A stretch of 64,000 nucleotides of DNA from assembly GCA_046598045.1 (NCBI GenBank), contig JBKJJJ010000215.1, forward strand, positions 62,645 through 126,644, given 5' to 3'. Origin of the DNA: Candidatus Eiseniibacteriota bacterium (GTDB lineage Bacteria; Eisenbacteria; RBG-16-71-46; DASYSL01). The notes beneath the pieces were generated by a model. It was not told the origin of the DNA, made no database searches, and saw only the letters and a program-made list of their open reading frames with translations. A program made the position numbers and the translations under genes. Shown here piece after piece: positions 18,396 through 28,915 of this stretch (position 1 is its first letter; every line of letters starts with the position of its first letter).

Positions 18396-21300
18396 CCGCC
18401 CGCGCGGAACTCGCGCGCAGCGAGGGCGCGGCGCCGCTCGCGGTGCGCTCGACCGGGTCGCTGTTGCGCGGCACGGTGGCGCCGCAGGCGCTCGCCGCGC
18501 GCGCGGCCGAGCTCGGCTATCGCGCGCTCGGGCTCGCCGACCGCGACGGGCTCTACGCCGCGGTGCACTTCGCGCGCGCCTGCCAGGACGCGGGCATCGC
18601 GCCCGTGCTCGGCGCCGAGCTGTCGGCGGGGCCGGTCGGCAAGGCGCAGGCGCTCGCGCGCGTCGACCCGCCCGCAGCCGCGCTCGTGTTCGCGCGTGAT
18701 CGCGCGGGCTATTCGGCGCTGTGCCGGCTCCTGAGCGCGCGCCACCTCGAGCCCGCGCTCGCGTGGTCCCAGGCCTGCGCGCGCGAGGCGGCAGCGGGTG
18801 GGCTCGCCGTGGTCGCGCTCGGGGCGGACGCGCTGGCGGAGCTCGCCGCGCTCGGCGTGCCGCGCGACCGTCTCGCGCTGGGCGTGGCGCGCCCCGGGGG
18901 AGACGGCGCACCGGTGCGCGACGCGCTCGCGTGCGTCGCGCGCATCGCGCCGGGCGCGGGCGTGGTGGCGACCGGGCGCGTGAGCGCGCTGACGTCGGAC
19001 GCCGGTGGCGCGGCGCGCGCGCGTGTGCTCTCGGCGCTGCGCGCGAACACGCTGGTCGAGCGCGTGGACGCGCGCGGCGCGGGGCGGGACGAGGGCGTGC
19101 TCGAGCCGTGCGCGCGCTGGCAGGCGTCGTGGCACGCCGCCGGGCCCGAGGCCGGCGCCGCGCTGGCGGCGAACGCGCGCCTCGTCGCCGATTGCCACGC
19201 CGTGCCCGAACTCGGCGTGCCGCGCTTCCCGGTCGCGCCGGTGCCCGACGGCGAGACGCCGTATTCCCACCTCTACGCGCGCTGCCACGAGGGACTCATG
19301 CGCCGCTACCGGCCGGTGCCGCGCGCTGCCGTGCACCGCCTCGCGCGCGAGCTCGAGATCATCGACCGGCTGGGCTTCACGCCGTACTTCGTGCTCGTCG
19401 CCGACATCGTGGGCTTCGCGCGCGCCGAGGGCATCCCGTCGGTCGGGCGGGGCTCGGGTGCGGCGTCGATCGTGAGCTACGTGCTCGGCATCACCAACGT
19501 CGATCCCTTGCGCTACCGCCTCGCGTTCGAGCGCTTCCTGCACGACGAGCGCCGCGACTCACCGGACCTCGACATCGACCTGTGCTGGATCCGGCGCGAG
19601 GACGTGATCGCGCACGTGTACCGCACCTATGGCGCGAGCCGCGTGGCGATGATCTCGACCCACTGCACGCTCGGCGCGCGCGGGGCGTTCCGCGAGGCGG
19701 CACAGGCGCACGGCGTGCCACCCGACGTGGTGGACAAGCTCGCGCGCTTCGTGCCGCACGACCCCGGGACGCCGCTTTCGGACCTGCTCGCGCGGCCGGC
19801 GGCGCGCCTCGGGCTCGATCTCACCGAGCCGTCGTTCGCCGCCACACTCGCCGATGCGCCCACGCTGGTCGGGTTGAGCGACCACCTCGGCGTCCACCCG
19901 TGCGGGCTCGTCATCGCCGACACCGCGCTCACCGACTACACGCCACTCGAGGAGGCGACGAAGGGCCTCGTCGTGTCACAGATGGAGATGCGCCAGGTCG
20001 AAGCGCTCGGCCTGGTCAAGATGGACCTGCTGGGCAACCGCGCGCTGACCGAGATCGGGGACACCATCGAGCTCGTCCGGCAGGCGAGCGGCGGCGCGGT
20101 CACGCCCGTGGTCGAACCCGTGCCCGACGGCGACCCGAAGACGGTCACGATGCTGCGCGCAGGGGATGCGCTCGGCCTGTTCCAGCTCGAGTCGCCCGCG
20201 ATGCGCAACCTGCTCCAGATGCTCGACCCGCACACGGTGGACGACGCGATCGCCGCGCTCGCGCTGGTGCGGCCCGGCCCGGCGGGGGCGGGCATGAAGG
20301 ACCTCTACGTGCGCATCCAGCGCGGGCTCGAGCCGCCGCGCGTCGTCCACCCGCGGCTGTCCGCGCTGCTCGCGCCGCAGCACGGCATCCTGCTCTACGA
20401 GGAGGACGTGATGGGCGCGGTTGCGCTCCTGACCGACTCGCCGCTGGGGCGCGGCGACCTGTTCCGGCGCGCGCTCGCGGGCACGCGGAGCGCGGCCGAG
20501 CGCGCGCCGCTCCGCCGCTGGTTCGTCGCGCGCGCGCGCAAGGGCGGCATGCAGGACGCCGAGGCCGACGCGGCGTGGCGCGAGATCGAGCGCTTCGGCG
20601 CCTATGCGTTCTGCCGCGCGCACGCGGCGGGCTACGGCGTGCTGGCGTGGCAGGCCGCGTACCTGCGCGCGCACTGGCCGGCGGCGTGGGCGACCGCCAT
20701 GGCGAACCACCACGCGGGCATGTACGGGCTGTGGGTGCACGTCGCCGACGCGCAGCGCCACGGGGTGCGCTTCGAGCTGCCGTGTGTCCAGCGCTCCGAG
20801 GAGGCGTTCACGCTCGAGGGCGATCCGGCCACGGGCCCGCTGCGCGTCGGGCTCGCGCGCGTGCGCGACCTCACGCAGCGCGCACGGGAGGCGACGCTCG
20901 CGTCGCGCGCGGCGGACGGGCCGTTCGCCTCGCTCGCCGACTGGATGGGGCGCGTCCGGCCCGACCCCACCGAGGCCGCGCGGCTCGTCGACGCCGGTGC
21001 ATTCGACTGGACCGGCCGGGCCCGCGCCTCGCTCCAACTCGAGGTCCAGGCGACGCGCGCGCGCTACCTCAGGGCCGAGCCCGAGGGCGCGTTCCGCGTG
21101 CGGCGCTCGCCGATCGCGCTGCCCGACCTGCCCGAGTTCGCGCCCTCCGAGTTGCGCGCGCGCGAGTGGAACGCGCTCGAGCTGGGCGTGCTCGCGCACC
21201 CGCTCGCGGCGCACGCGCCGGCGCTGTGGCCGGCGGACCGGCCGGCGGCCGCGCTGGCCGCGGCTGCGCCCGCGGGCTTCGATGCCGCGTGCACGCTGCG

Positions 21301-21598
21301 CGGATTGCCGGCGGGGCAGCGCGTGCGCGTGGTCGGCCTGATGGCGGCGGCGCGGCGCGTGCCGACAAAGCAGGGGCCGCGCATGCTGTTCCTCACGCTC
21401 GACGACGGCACGGGGCTGAGCGAGTGCACGCTGTTTCCCGAGGTCCATGCGCGGGACGGGAGCGGCCTGGCGGGGCCGGGGCCGTTCGTGATCGAGGGGC
21501 GGATCGAGAACCAGCACGGATCGGTCACGGTGACGGTCGAGCGCGCCGCGCCCTGGGCCGCGGAAACTCAGGTCAGCAGCGCCGAGAGATCCTGGTAG
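18392..21598 (+). CDS. dnaE2: Error-prone DNA polymerase III alpha subunit
   Basis: GRGSGAASIVSYVLGIT, PDLDIDL, KMDLLG, YAFCRAHA, C-terminal OB fold; degenerate PHP domain; ATGA overlap with dinB. Confidence 0.88.
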   Translation: MTARAELARSEGAAPLAVRSTGSLLRGTVAPQALAARAAELGYRALGLADRDGLYAAVHFARACQDAGIAPVLGAELSAGPVGKAQALARVDPPAAALVFARDRAGYSALCRLLSARHLEPALAWSQACAREAAAGGLAVVALGADALAELAALGVPRDRLALGVARPGGDGAPVRDALACVARIAPGAGVVATGRVSALTSDAGGAARARVLSALRANTLVERVDARGAGRDEGVLEPCARWQASWHAAGPEAGAALAANARLVADCHAVPELGVPRFPVAPVPDGETPYSHLYARCHEGLMRRYRPVPRAAVHRLARELEIIDRLGFTPYFVLVADIVGFARAEGIPSVGRGSGAASIVSYVLGITNVDPLRYRLAFERFLHDERRDSPDLDIDLCWIRREDVIAHVYRTYGASRVAMISTHCTLGARGAFREAAQAHGVPPDVVDKLARFVPHDPGTPLSDLLARPAARLGLDLTEPSFAATLADAPTLVGLSDHLGVHPCGLVIADTALTDYTPLEEATKGLVVSQMEMRQVEALGLVKMDLLGNRALTEIGDTIELVRQASGGAVTPVVEPVPDGDPKTVTMLRAGDALGLFQLESPAMRNLLQMLDPHTVDDAIAALALVRPGPAGAGMKDLYVRIQRGLEPPRVVHPRLSALLAPQHGILLYEEDVMGAVALLTDSPLGRGDLFRRALAGTRSAAERAPLRRWFVARARKGGMQDAEADAAWREIERFGAYAFCRAHAAGYGVLAWQAAYLRAHWPAAWATAMANHHAGMYGLWVHVADAQRHGVRFELPCVQRSEEAFTLEGDPATGPLRVGLARVRDLTQRAREATLASRAADGPFASLADWMGRVRPDPTEAARLVDAGAFDWTGRARASLQLEVQATRARYLRAEPEGAFRVRRSPIALPDLPEFAPSELRAREWNALELGVLAHPLAAHAPALWPADRPAAALAAAAPAGFDAACTLRGLPAGQRVRVVGLMAAARRVPTKQGPRMLFLTLDDGTGLSECTLFPEVHARDGSGLAGPGPFVIEGRIENQHGSVTVTVERAAPWAAETQVSSAERSW

Positions 21599-22311
21599 GG
21601 CGTGCTGCAGGGGCGTCCGGCCGCGTGCAGCAGTCGGGTGAGCGACGGGTCGGCCCACGCCAACTGGACGAGCGTGGAGGAGACCGTGCCGTGCCCGTCG
21701 GCGTGCAGGCAGATCGCGCGCCCGCCGTCGTGCGACTGGAGCGCGGGCACGAGGTCCTCGAGCGCGCGCGGCGGAGCCTGCCGCAGCAGCGTGAGCGCGA
21801 GGTCGGTGCGGGCGTCGAACACGTCGTCGGCGTCCACGTGCGTGAGCGCGTGCCAGCCCGGGCGCAACTCCTCGCTGCGCAACGCGTGGCCGTCCCAGTA
21901 CGCGCAGTGCACGCCGCGCGCGTCGGCGAGGAAGAGCGTGAACGGCGCATAGCGGCAGGTCAGGACCTCGTCGGCCACCCAGGCGAGCGCGTGGCGTGCG
22001 TCGTCCAGGCGCAGCGCATCGAGGCACAGGAGGCCGCGCGAGCGGTCCGGCTCGCCGCCGGTCGCCCAGGCTCCGTCGGGAGCTTCGGCGCGTTCGGGGG
22101 CCATGCGATTGAGCAGCGCGACCGCGAGGCGGGTCTCCTGGACCCCGAGCCACGTGCCGCCGGCCAGGGAGTCGCGCCCGGCCACGATGCGAGGTTCGCG
22201 CAGCAGCACGTGCGGGGAGAGGGCGGGGCGGGTGAGGGATTCATCGCGGTTCGCGCCCAGCAGCAACATGCCGGGGCGGGGGCGGTCGACGCCGACGAGC
22301 AGGGTGCACAT
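21568..22311 (-). CDS. NRDE (TANGO2) family protein
   Basis: MCTL start, ANRDE, GRDSLAGGTWLG, HGTVSST. Confidence 0.9.
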   Translation of the reverse strand: MCTLLVGVDRPRPGMLLLGANRDESLTRPALSPHVLLREPRIVAGRDSLAGGTWLGVQETRLAVALLNRMAPERAEAPDGAWATGGEPDRSRGLLCLDALRLDDARHALAWVADEVLTCRYAPFTLFLADARGVHCAYWDGHALRSEELRPGWHALTHVDADDVFDARTDLALTLLRQAPPRALEDLVPALQSHDGGRAICLHADGHGTVSSTLVQLAWADPSLTRLLHAAGRPCSTPYQDLSALLT

Positions 22312-22480
22312 GGGGGAAACGTGGCCCGCCGGCGCGGGAACGTCAAGTTGCATGGTCCAACGCAGGGAGTTGACACGGATCCGATGGGGAAACGGGCCGA
22401 ACCTGCCGAAAACGATTGCGCGCCTGGCCTGGCCCCGGTCAGACTCGGGCGACGTGGTTCCCCGCAGCATCGGAGGCTTC

Positions 22481-22900
22481 ATGCGCGGTTGGGTTCGACT
22501 CGTCGGACTGGTGTCGCTCGTCGCGTTCGCCGCATCCCCCCTCGGGGTGGCGGCCGAGGGCTACGTCTGCGCATCCGGCCAGCGCATGGTGCACGACGGC
22601 ACGGCGAAGACCGCCGCGTGCGCGCACTGCCGCCCGTCGGCCCCTTCGCGCGCCGCCGCGCAGCCGTCGTTCGAGCGCCCGTGCTGCCTTTACGTCGGCT
22701 CGACCGCAGTGCCGCCCGTGGCCTCGGCCGCGAGCGCGCCCGCCCTGCATCCGGTCCACCGCGCGCCGCTCGCGATGCCGGGCGTCACCGCGCTGGCCTC
22801 ATCCGCGCACGTCTTGACCGGAGTCCCGCAGTACGAGTCGGGAGGCAGCGGCGTTCCCCCGTCTCCACTCAAGCTTCGCACCGCCATCCTTCTCAACTGA
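22481..22900 (+). CDS. Small secreted Cys/His-containing protein preceding the cus efflux genes
   Basis: GGAGG RBS; signal peptide; YVC, CAHC, PCC; typical position upstream of heavy-metal RND operons. Confidence 0.6.
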   Translation: MRGWVRLVGLVSLVAFAASPLGVAAEGYVCASGQRMVHDGTAKTAACAHCRPSAPSRAAAQPSFERPCCLYVGSTAVPPVASAASAPALHPVHRAPLAMPGVTALASSAHVLTGVPQYESGGSGVPPSPLKLRTAILLN

Positions 22901-23014
22901 TCCAGCGCCGCCGCGCGGCCTGACCGGCTTCGTCGGTCCGGGCCGTGGCTTTCGCGCGTCCGCACGTCCGTGCGCGACGCGGCGCATTCGATCCATTGCC
23001 GAAGGAGTCCCCGC

Positions 23015-24298
23015 ATGCAGTCGATCCGTTCCGCCCTGGCCATGGCGCTGGCGCTCGCGCTCCTGTCCGTGCCGGCGCGCGGGTTCGCGCAGCCCGCGCC
23101 GCTGACGCTCCACGACGTCGAGCGCGGCGTGATCGCCGCCAATCCCTCGCTCTCCGCCATGCGCCACGGGGCCGACGCGGCGCGCGCTCGCGCGGCGGGC
23201 GCCGGGGCGTGGGCCGACCCGGAGCTCTCCGTCATGGCTGCGCCGCGCAGCTTCGGCACCCGCGTCCCGGGGGACTCCTATCGCGTCGCGCTCACCCAGC
23301 GCCTGGCGCCGTTCGGCTCGCGCAGCGCGCAGCGGCTCGAGGCGGGCGCGCGCTTCGACGAGGCCTCGGCGAACGTCGAGTCGGCGCGCCGGGACCTGCT
23401 GCGCGAGGCGCGGGTCGCGTTCGCCGAGTACCGGCGTACCACGCGCAGCCGGCTCGCGCATGCCGCGACCGTCGACCTGGCGGCGGAGTTGCGCCAGGTC
23501 GCGCTCGCGAGGTACGCGGCGGGGCTGGTCGAGCAACAGGACCCGCTCGCGGCCGGCGTGGAGTCCGCGCGCCTCGCGCACCACGCGGTGCTGCTCGACC
23601 GCGAGCGCCGGGTGGCGGTCGCGCGGCTGAACGCGCTGCTCGGTCGCCCGGCCTCGGCCGAACTGCCGCCGCCCGCCGACGACTCGGTGGCGCCCGTCGC
23701 GCCCACGATGGCGGCAATGGACACCGACTCGCTGGTGCGCGCCGCACGCACGACGCGGCCCGAGGTGCAGGCGGCGGTGTCGCGCGTCGCCGCTCGTGTT
23801 GCGCAGCGCCGGCTCGCACAGCGCTCTCGCTGGCCGGGCCTCATGGTCGGCGTGGCCTACGACACCTACATGGACGAGCCCGAGCGGCGCACGTCGCTCG
23901 AGCTCGGGGTCGAATTGCCGCTGTTCGGCGGCCGCTCCGCGCGGCGGCAGGAGGCCGACGCCGAGCTCGCGGTCGCCGAGGCCGAGCACCGTGCGCTCAT
24001 GCTCGACGTCGAACGCGAGGTGGTCGAGGCGCTCGCGCGCGACGAGGAGGCCGAGCACGACCTCGAGGTGCTCGACCAGGGGGTGCTCCCGGCCGCGGCC
24101 CAGAGCGTGGCCGCGATCCGCAATTCGTACGAGGCGAACCGGGCGAGCTTCCTCGCCCTGCTCGATGCCATGCGCTCGCTGGCGGAGGCGCAGATGGACC
24201 GGATCGACGCGGTGGCGCAGCGCGATGTCGCGCGCGCGGACCTCGCGCGCGCGCTCGGTGACGACGGCGGCATGTCCGCCCCGAAGGAGATGCGATGA
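23015..24298 (+). CDS. TolC/CusC family outer-membrane efflux protein
   Basis: AAGGAG RBS; signal peptide; AGAWADPEL, ELPLFG, SYEANRASFLALLDA. Confidence 0.88.
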   Translation: MQSIRSALAMALALALLSVPARGFAQPAPLTLHDVERGVIAANPSLSAMRHGADAARARAAGAGAWADPELSVMAAPRSFGTRVPGDSYRVALTQRLAPFGSRSAQRLEAGARFDEASANVESARRDLLREARVAFAEYRRTTRSRLAHAATVDLAAELRQVALARYAAGLVEQQDPLAAGVESARLAHHAVLLDRERRVAVARLNALLGRPASAELPPPADDSVAPVAPTMAAMDTDSLVRAARTTRPEVQAAVSRVAARVAQRRLAQRSRWPGLMVGVAYDTYMDEPERRTSLELGVELPLFGGRSARRQEADAELAVAEAEHRALMLDVEREVVEALARDEEAEHDLEVLDQGVLPAAAQSVAAIRNSYEANRASFLALLDAMRSLAEAQMDRIDAVAQRDVARADLARALGDDGGMSAPKEMR

Positions 24299-25779
24299 AC
24301 CGCACCGCAAGATGGGTTCTCGGCGCCGTCGTCGTGATCGGCGTGGCCGCGATCGCGTGGGCCGCTGTGCGTTCGCGCGCGCCCCGGGCGGAGTTCCACG
24401 CCGTGGGCCCTTACGCCGTCGCGGTCAGCAACGAGCCTGCCACGCCGCGCACCGGCGAAAACGCATTGCGCGTCGTGGTCAAAGACGCGGACGGCAGGCC
24501 GATCCGGGGCGCCCGCGTCGAGCCGGTGGTGAGCATGCCGGCGATGGGCGCGATGCCTTACATGGAGAGCCGCGGCAAGGTCAGCGAGCCCGCGCCCGGC
24601 GAGTATCGCGTGGCGTACGGCCTCGCGATGGCGGGGGACTGGGACGTCGTGCTCAAGATCATGGCAAAGGGAGCCGAGCCGGTCGAGGGCCGTTGGCGGC
24701 TGTCGACCCACCTGCCGGATGTGGCATTCGCGGACGGGGAGCGGGCCGCGGCGGCGGACACCGGCGCAGCCTCCGCGACCATCGTGCTCGACGACGCGCG
24801 GCGGCAGGCGATCGGCGTGCGCACCGCGCTGGTCGAGCTGCGCGACGTCACCGTGCCGGTGCGCGCGCGGGGAACCGTGGTGTTCGACGAGACGGCGCGC
24901 GCCGTGGTGTCGATGCGCTACAGCGGGTGGGTCCGCACCATCGCGGCCGACTTCACGGGCAAGGCGATAAGGCGCGGCGACGTGCTGTTCACGGTCGACA
25001 GCCCCGAGATCGTGGCCGCCCAGCAGGAATATCTGACCGCGCTGCGCTTCGCGCGCGCGGACTCGACGTCGCACGCAGCTGCGTTCGGCGGCAGCCGCGC
25101 GGCCGCGCCGACGCTCACGCTCGCGGACGCCGCGCGGCAGCGGCTCCTGTCCTGGGGCGTGACCGAGGAGCAGGTCGCCCGGGTCGCGCGCACGGGGCGG
25201 CCGGTCAACCCGCTCCCCGTACGCTCCCCGGCGAACGGCGTCGTGGTCGAGAAGTCGATCGTTGCCGGCAGCCCGTTTGCGCCCGGGCAGGTGCTGATCG
25301 CGATCGCGCGCATCGACCCGATCTGGATCGAGGCCCGCATCTACGAGGCCGACTTGCCGCTCGTCCACGTCGGGCTCGCTGCAAGGGTGGAGGATGCCGG
25401 CGGCACGCGCCGCGGGCGCGTCACGTTCGTCGCACCGTCGCTCGATGAAGGCAGCCGCACCGGGGTCGCGCGCATCGAGCTGCCGAACCCGGGCGGCGCG
25501 TTCAAGCCGGGCATGTTCGTCGACGTCACGCTCGATGCGGTGCTCGGGCGGCGGCTCGCGGTGCCGGAGGGCGCGGTCGTGCCCACCGGCACGCGACAGG
25601 TCGTGTTCGTCGACCGGGGCCGAGGGAGGCTCGAGCCGCGCGAGGTCAAAGTCGGCCCGCACGCCGGGGATTGGATCGTGATCGAGCGCGGCCTCAGCGC
25701 GGGCGAGATGGTCGTTTCCTCGGGCAACTTCCTCGTCGCCGCCGACGCGCGCCTGCGCTCGGCGCTCGGCAAGTGGTGA
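24295..25779 (+). CDS. cusB: CusB-type RND periplasmic adaptor with N-terminal YtkA-like domain
   Basis: MPAMGAMPYM YtkA-like segment; IGVRT, SPEIVAAQQEYL, KPGMFVDV. Confidence 0.85.
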   Translation: MNRTARWVLGAVVVIGVAAIAWAAVRSRAPRAEFHAVGPYAVAVSNEPATPRTGENALRVVVKDADGRPIRGARVEPVVSMPAMGAMPYMESRGKVSEPAPGEYRVAYGLAMAGDWDVVLKIMAKGAEPVEGRWRLSTHLPDVAFADGERAAAADTGAASATIVLDDARRQAIGVRTALVELRDVTVPVRARGTVVFDETARAVVSMRYSGWVRTIAADFTGKAIRRGDVLFTVDSPEIVAAQQEYLTALRFARADSTSHAAAFGGSRAAAPTLTLADAARQRLLSWGVTEEQVARVARTGRPVNPLPVRSPANGVVVEKSIVAGSPFAPGQVLIAIARIDPIWIEARIYEADLPLVHVGLAARVEDAGGTRRGRVTFVAPSLDEGSRTGVARIELPNPGGAFKPGMFVDVTLDAVLGRRLAVPEGAVVPTGTRQVVFVDRGRGRLEPREVKVGPHAGDWIVIERGLSAGEMVVSSGNFLVAADARLRSALGKW

Positions 25780-25786
25780 GCGCGCG

Positions 25787-28700
25787 ATGATCGAACGCGT
25801 CATCGCCTTCTGCGCGCGCCGGCGCTTCGCGACCCTGATCGGGGTCGCGATCGCGTTCGCGGCGGGGCTGGTCGCGTTGTCCTCGACCACGCTCGACGCG
25901 ATCCCGGACTTGTCGGACACCCAGGTGATCGTCCAGACCGAGTGGGCGGGCAAGAGCCCCGACCTGATCGAGGACCAGGTCACCTACCCGATCGTCACCA
26001 CCCTGCGCGCCGCGCCCGGCGTGCGCTACGTGCGCGGGTTCTCGATGCTCGGCGACTCGTACGTCTACGTCGTGTTCAAGGACGGCGTCGACCTTTACTG
26101 GGCGCGCAGCCGCGTGCTCGAATTGCTGGCGCAGGTCGCGAGCCGGCTCCCCGAGGGCGCGACTCCGCGCCTCGGGCCCGATGCGACCGGCGTGGGCTGG
26201 GTGTTCGAGTACGCGCTGGTCGACACCAGTGGCCGCCACGACCTGGGGGACCTGCGTTCCCTTCAAGATTGGTCGGTGCGCTACCAGCTGCAGAGCGTCG
26301 ACGGCGTGGCCGAGGTCGCGTCGGTCGGCGGGTTCGTCAAGCGCTTCGAGGTCGTGCTCGATCCCGCGCGGCTCGCGTCCTTCGGCGTGCCGATCTCCGA
26401 GGTTGCGGACGCGATCAAGCGCACGAGCGGCGACTCGGGCGCGGGCGTGCTCGAGGTCGCCGAGCACGAGGTGGTCGTGCGCGGGCGTGGCTACGTCACG
26501 ACGCTCGCGGACCTCGCCGCCACCCCCGTGCGCGTCGGCGCGGGCGGGCAGGCGGTCACGCTCGCGCAGCTCGGCACGGTGCGCATGGGCCCCGAGCCGC
26601 GGCGCGGCATCGCGACGCTGGATGACCTGGGCGAGGTCGTCGGCGGCGTCGTGGTCATGCGGCAGGGGCAGAATGCGCTCTCGGTGATCCAGCGGGTCAA
26701 GGCGCGGCTGGCCGAGGTCGAGCGCACGCTCCCGCCCGGCGTCAAGCTGGTCGTGACCTACGACCGCTCGACGCTGATCGAGGATGCGGTGCACACGCTG
26801 ACCAGCCGCTTGATCGAGGAGATGGTGATCGTCAGTCTCGTGATCCTGCTGTTCCTGTTCCACGTCAGGAGCGCGCTGATCCCGATCCTGTCGTTGCCGG
26901 TCGCGGTCGTGCTCGCGTTCATTCCCATGCACCTCCAGGGGCTGAACGCGAACCTGATGTCGCTCGGCGGCATCGCGGTCGCAATCGGCGCGATGGTCGA
27001 CGCCTCGATCATCATGATCGAGAATGTGCACAAGCGGCTCGAGGACTGGGAGCACGGCGGCCGCGCCGGCGCGCGCGAGGCGGTGATCGTGCATGCGCTG
27101 CAGGAGGTCGGGCGGCCGGTGTTCTTCGCGCTGCTCGTGATCGCCGTGTCCTTCCTGCCCGTGTTCACGCTCGAGGCGCAGGAGGGGCGGCTGTTCCGCC
27201 CGCTGGCGTTCACCAAGACGTGGGCGATGACGTTCGCGGCGCTGCTCGCAGTCACGCTCACCCCGGCGCTCGCGATGCTGCTGGTGCGCGGCAAGATCCG
27301 CCCCGAACGCGACCAGCCGGTGGCGCGCTTTTTCATTCGCGTGTATACGCCGGTGCTGCGCTGGACGGTGGAGCGGCGGCGCTGGGTGATCGCGGGCGCG
27401 GTGCTGTGCGTGCTGTCGACGATTCCCGCGTTCCTGTCACTTGGCGTCGAGTTCATGCCGCCGCTCAACGAGGGTACGCTGCTCTACATGCCGACCGCGC
27501 CGCCCGGCATGTCCGACACCGAGGCGTCGGTCGTGCTCCAGAAGATGGGGCGGCTGATCAAGCAGGTCCCCGAGGTCGAGCGCGTGTTCGGCAAGAGCGG
27601 CCGCGCGAAGACCGCGACCGACCCGGCGCCTCCGGGCATGGTCGAGACCGTGATCGCGCTCAAACCCGAGCGCGAGTGGCGGCCCGGCATGACGTGGGAG
27701 AAGCTCGTCGCCGAGCTCGATCGCAAGGTGCGCGTCCCCGGCATGCCGAACCTGTGGTGGATGCCGATCCAGACGCGCAACGAGATGCTGTCGACCGGCG
27801 TGCGCAGCGCGATCGGCATCAAGGTGTTCGGCCCCGACCTCGCGACCATCGAGCGCCTGTCGCTCGCGGTCGAGGGCGCGGTCAAGGACGTCAAGGGCGT
27901 GCGCAGCGCGTTCGCCGAGCGGCTCACGGGCTCGACCTATCTCGACTTCACGGTCAAGCGCGAGGAGGCCGCGCGTTATGGCCTCACGGTCGCCGACGTC
28001 GAGGAGGCGGTCGAGGCCGCGGTCGGCGGCATGAACGCCGGCGCGACGGTCCAGGGCCGCGCACGCTACGCGATCGCGCTGCGCTACGCGCCCGAGCTGG
28101 CGGACGGGCCCGCGGCGCTCGCGCAGGTGCTCGTGCCGACGAAGGGCGGAGCGCAGGTGCCGCTCTCGCAGGTCGCGACGCTCACCTTCGCGCCCGGGCC
28201 GCCGATGATCCAGGACGAGGACGGGCAATTGGTCGGATTGGTGTCGCTCGACGTCGCGGGCCGCCCGCTCGACCAGGTCGTGAAGGACACCAAGCAGCGC
28301 GTCGCGGCGCACGTGCAATTGCCCGCCGGCACGCGGCTCGAGTGGGCAGGCCAGTTTCAGCACCTGACGCGCGCGCAGGGCCGGCTCGCGTGGGTCGTGC
28401 CGCTGACGCTGCTGCTCGTGTGCCTGCTGCTGTGGCTCAACCTGCGGTCGCTTCCCGAGACCGCGATCGTGCTCATGGCGGTGCCGTTCTCGCTGGTGGG
28501 GGCGGTGTGGCTGGTCTGGCTGCTGGGGTTCAACATGAGCGTCGCGGTGTGGGTCGGCATGATCGCGCTCGCGGGGCTCGACGCCGAGACCGGCACGATC
28601 ATGTTGTTGTACCTGAACCTGGCTTACCGTCACCGCGTGGCCACGGGCCGGCTGCGCGACCGGAACGACCTCGCCGAGGCGATCGTCGAGGGGGCCGCAC

Positions 28701-28915
28701 ACCGCATCCGGCCCAAGCACATGACGGTCTTCGCCATCCTGCTCGGGCTCCTGCCGATCCTGTTCGGCCACGGGGCGGGTTCGGACGTCATGCAACGCAT
28801 TGCCGCCCCCATGGTGGGAGGAGTGGTATCGTCCTTTGTACTGGAGCTGCTCGTCTATCCGGCGGTCTTTGCCTGGTGGAAGGGGCGGCATCTTCCGGAA
28901 GGAGCACCCGCATGA
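25787..28915 (+). CDS. cusA: CusA heavy-metal (Cu/Ag) RND efflux pump
   Basis: LDAIPDLSDTQVIV, GPDATGVGWV, GAMVDASIIMIEN, EFMPPLNEGTLLYMP, RIRPKHMT. Confidence 0.95.
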   Translation: MIERVIAFCARRRFATLIGVAIAFAAGLVALSSTTLDAIPDLSDTQVIVQTEWAGKSPDLIEDQVTYPIVTTLRAAPGVRYVRGFSMLGDSYVYVVFKDGVDLYWARSRVLELLAQVASRLPEGATPRLGPDATGVGWVFEYALVDTSGRHDLGDLRSLQDWSVRYQLQSVDGVAEVASVGGFVKRFEVVLDPARLASFGVPISEVADAIKRTSGDSGAGVLEVAEHEVVVRGRGYVTTLADLAATPVRVGAGGQAVTLAQLGTVRMGPEPRRGIATLDDLGEVVGGVVVMRQGQNALSVIQRVKARLAEVERTLPPGVKLVVTYDRSTLIEDAVHTLTSRLIEEMVIVSLVILLFLFHVRSALIPILSLPVAVVLAFIPMHLQGLNANLMSLGGIAVAIGAMVDASIIMIENVHKRLEDWEHGGRAGAREAVIVHALQEVGRPVFFALLVIAVSFLPVFTLEAQEGRLFRPLAFTKTWAMTFAALLAVTLTPALAMLLVRGKIRPERDQPVARFFIRVYTPVLRWTVERRRWVIAGAVLCVLSTIPAFLSLGVEFMPPLNEGTLLYMPTAPPGMSDTEASVVLQKMGRLIKQVPEVERVFGKSGRAKTATDPAPPGMVETVIALKPEREWRPGMTWEKLVAELDRKVRVPGMPNLWWMPIQTRNEMLSTGVRSAIGIKVFGPDLATIERLSLAVEGAVKDVKGVRSAFAERLTGSTYLDFTVKREEAARYGLTVADVEEAVEAAVGGMNAGATVQGRARYAIALRYAPELADGPAALAQVLVPTKGGAQVPLSQVATLTFAPGPPMIQDEDGQLVGLVSLDVAGRPLDQVVKDTKQRVAAHVQLPAGTRLEWAGQFQHLTRAQGRLAWVVPLTLLLVCLLLWLNLRSLPETAIVLMAVPFSLVGAVWLVWLLGFNMSVAVWVGMIALAGLDAETGTIMLLYLNLAYRHRVATGRLRDRNDLAEAIVEGAAHRIRPKHMTVFAILLGLLPILFGHGAGSDVMQRIAAPMVGGVVSSFVLELLVYPAVFAWWKGRHLPEGAPA

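Noticed and set aside
18721..22923. Very long alternative-frame ORFs (1400 aa here; also 11224..13473, 34679..37858, 58699..61260)
   Set aside because: Arg/Ala/Gly/Pro-rich shadow ORFs typical of high-GC DNA, overlapping well-supported genes
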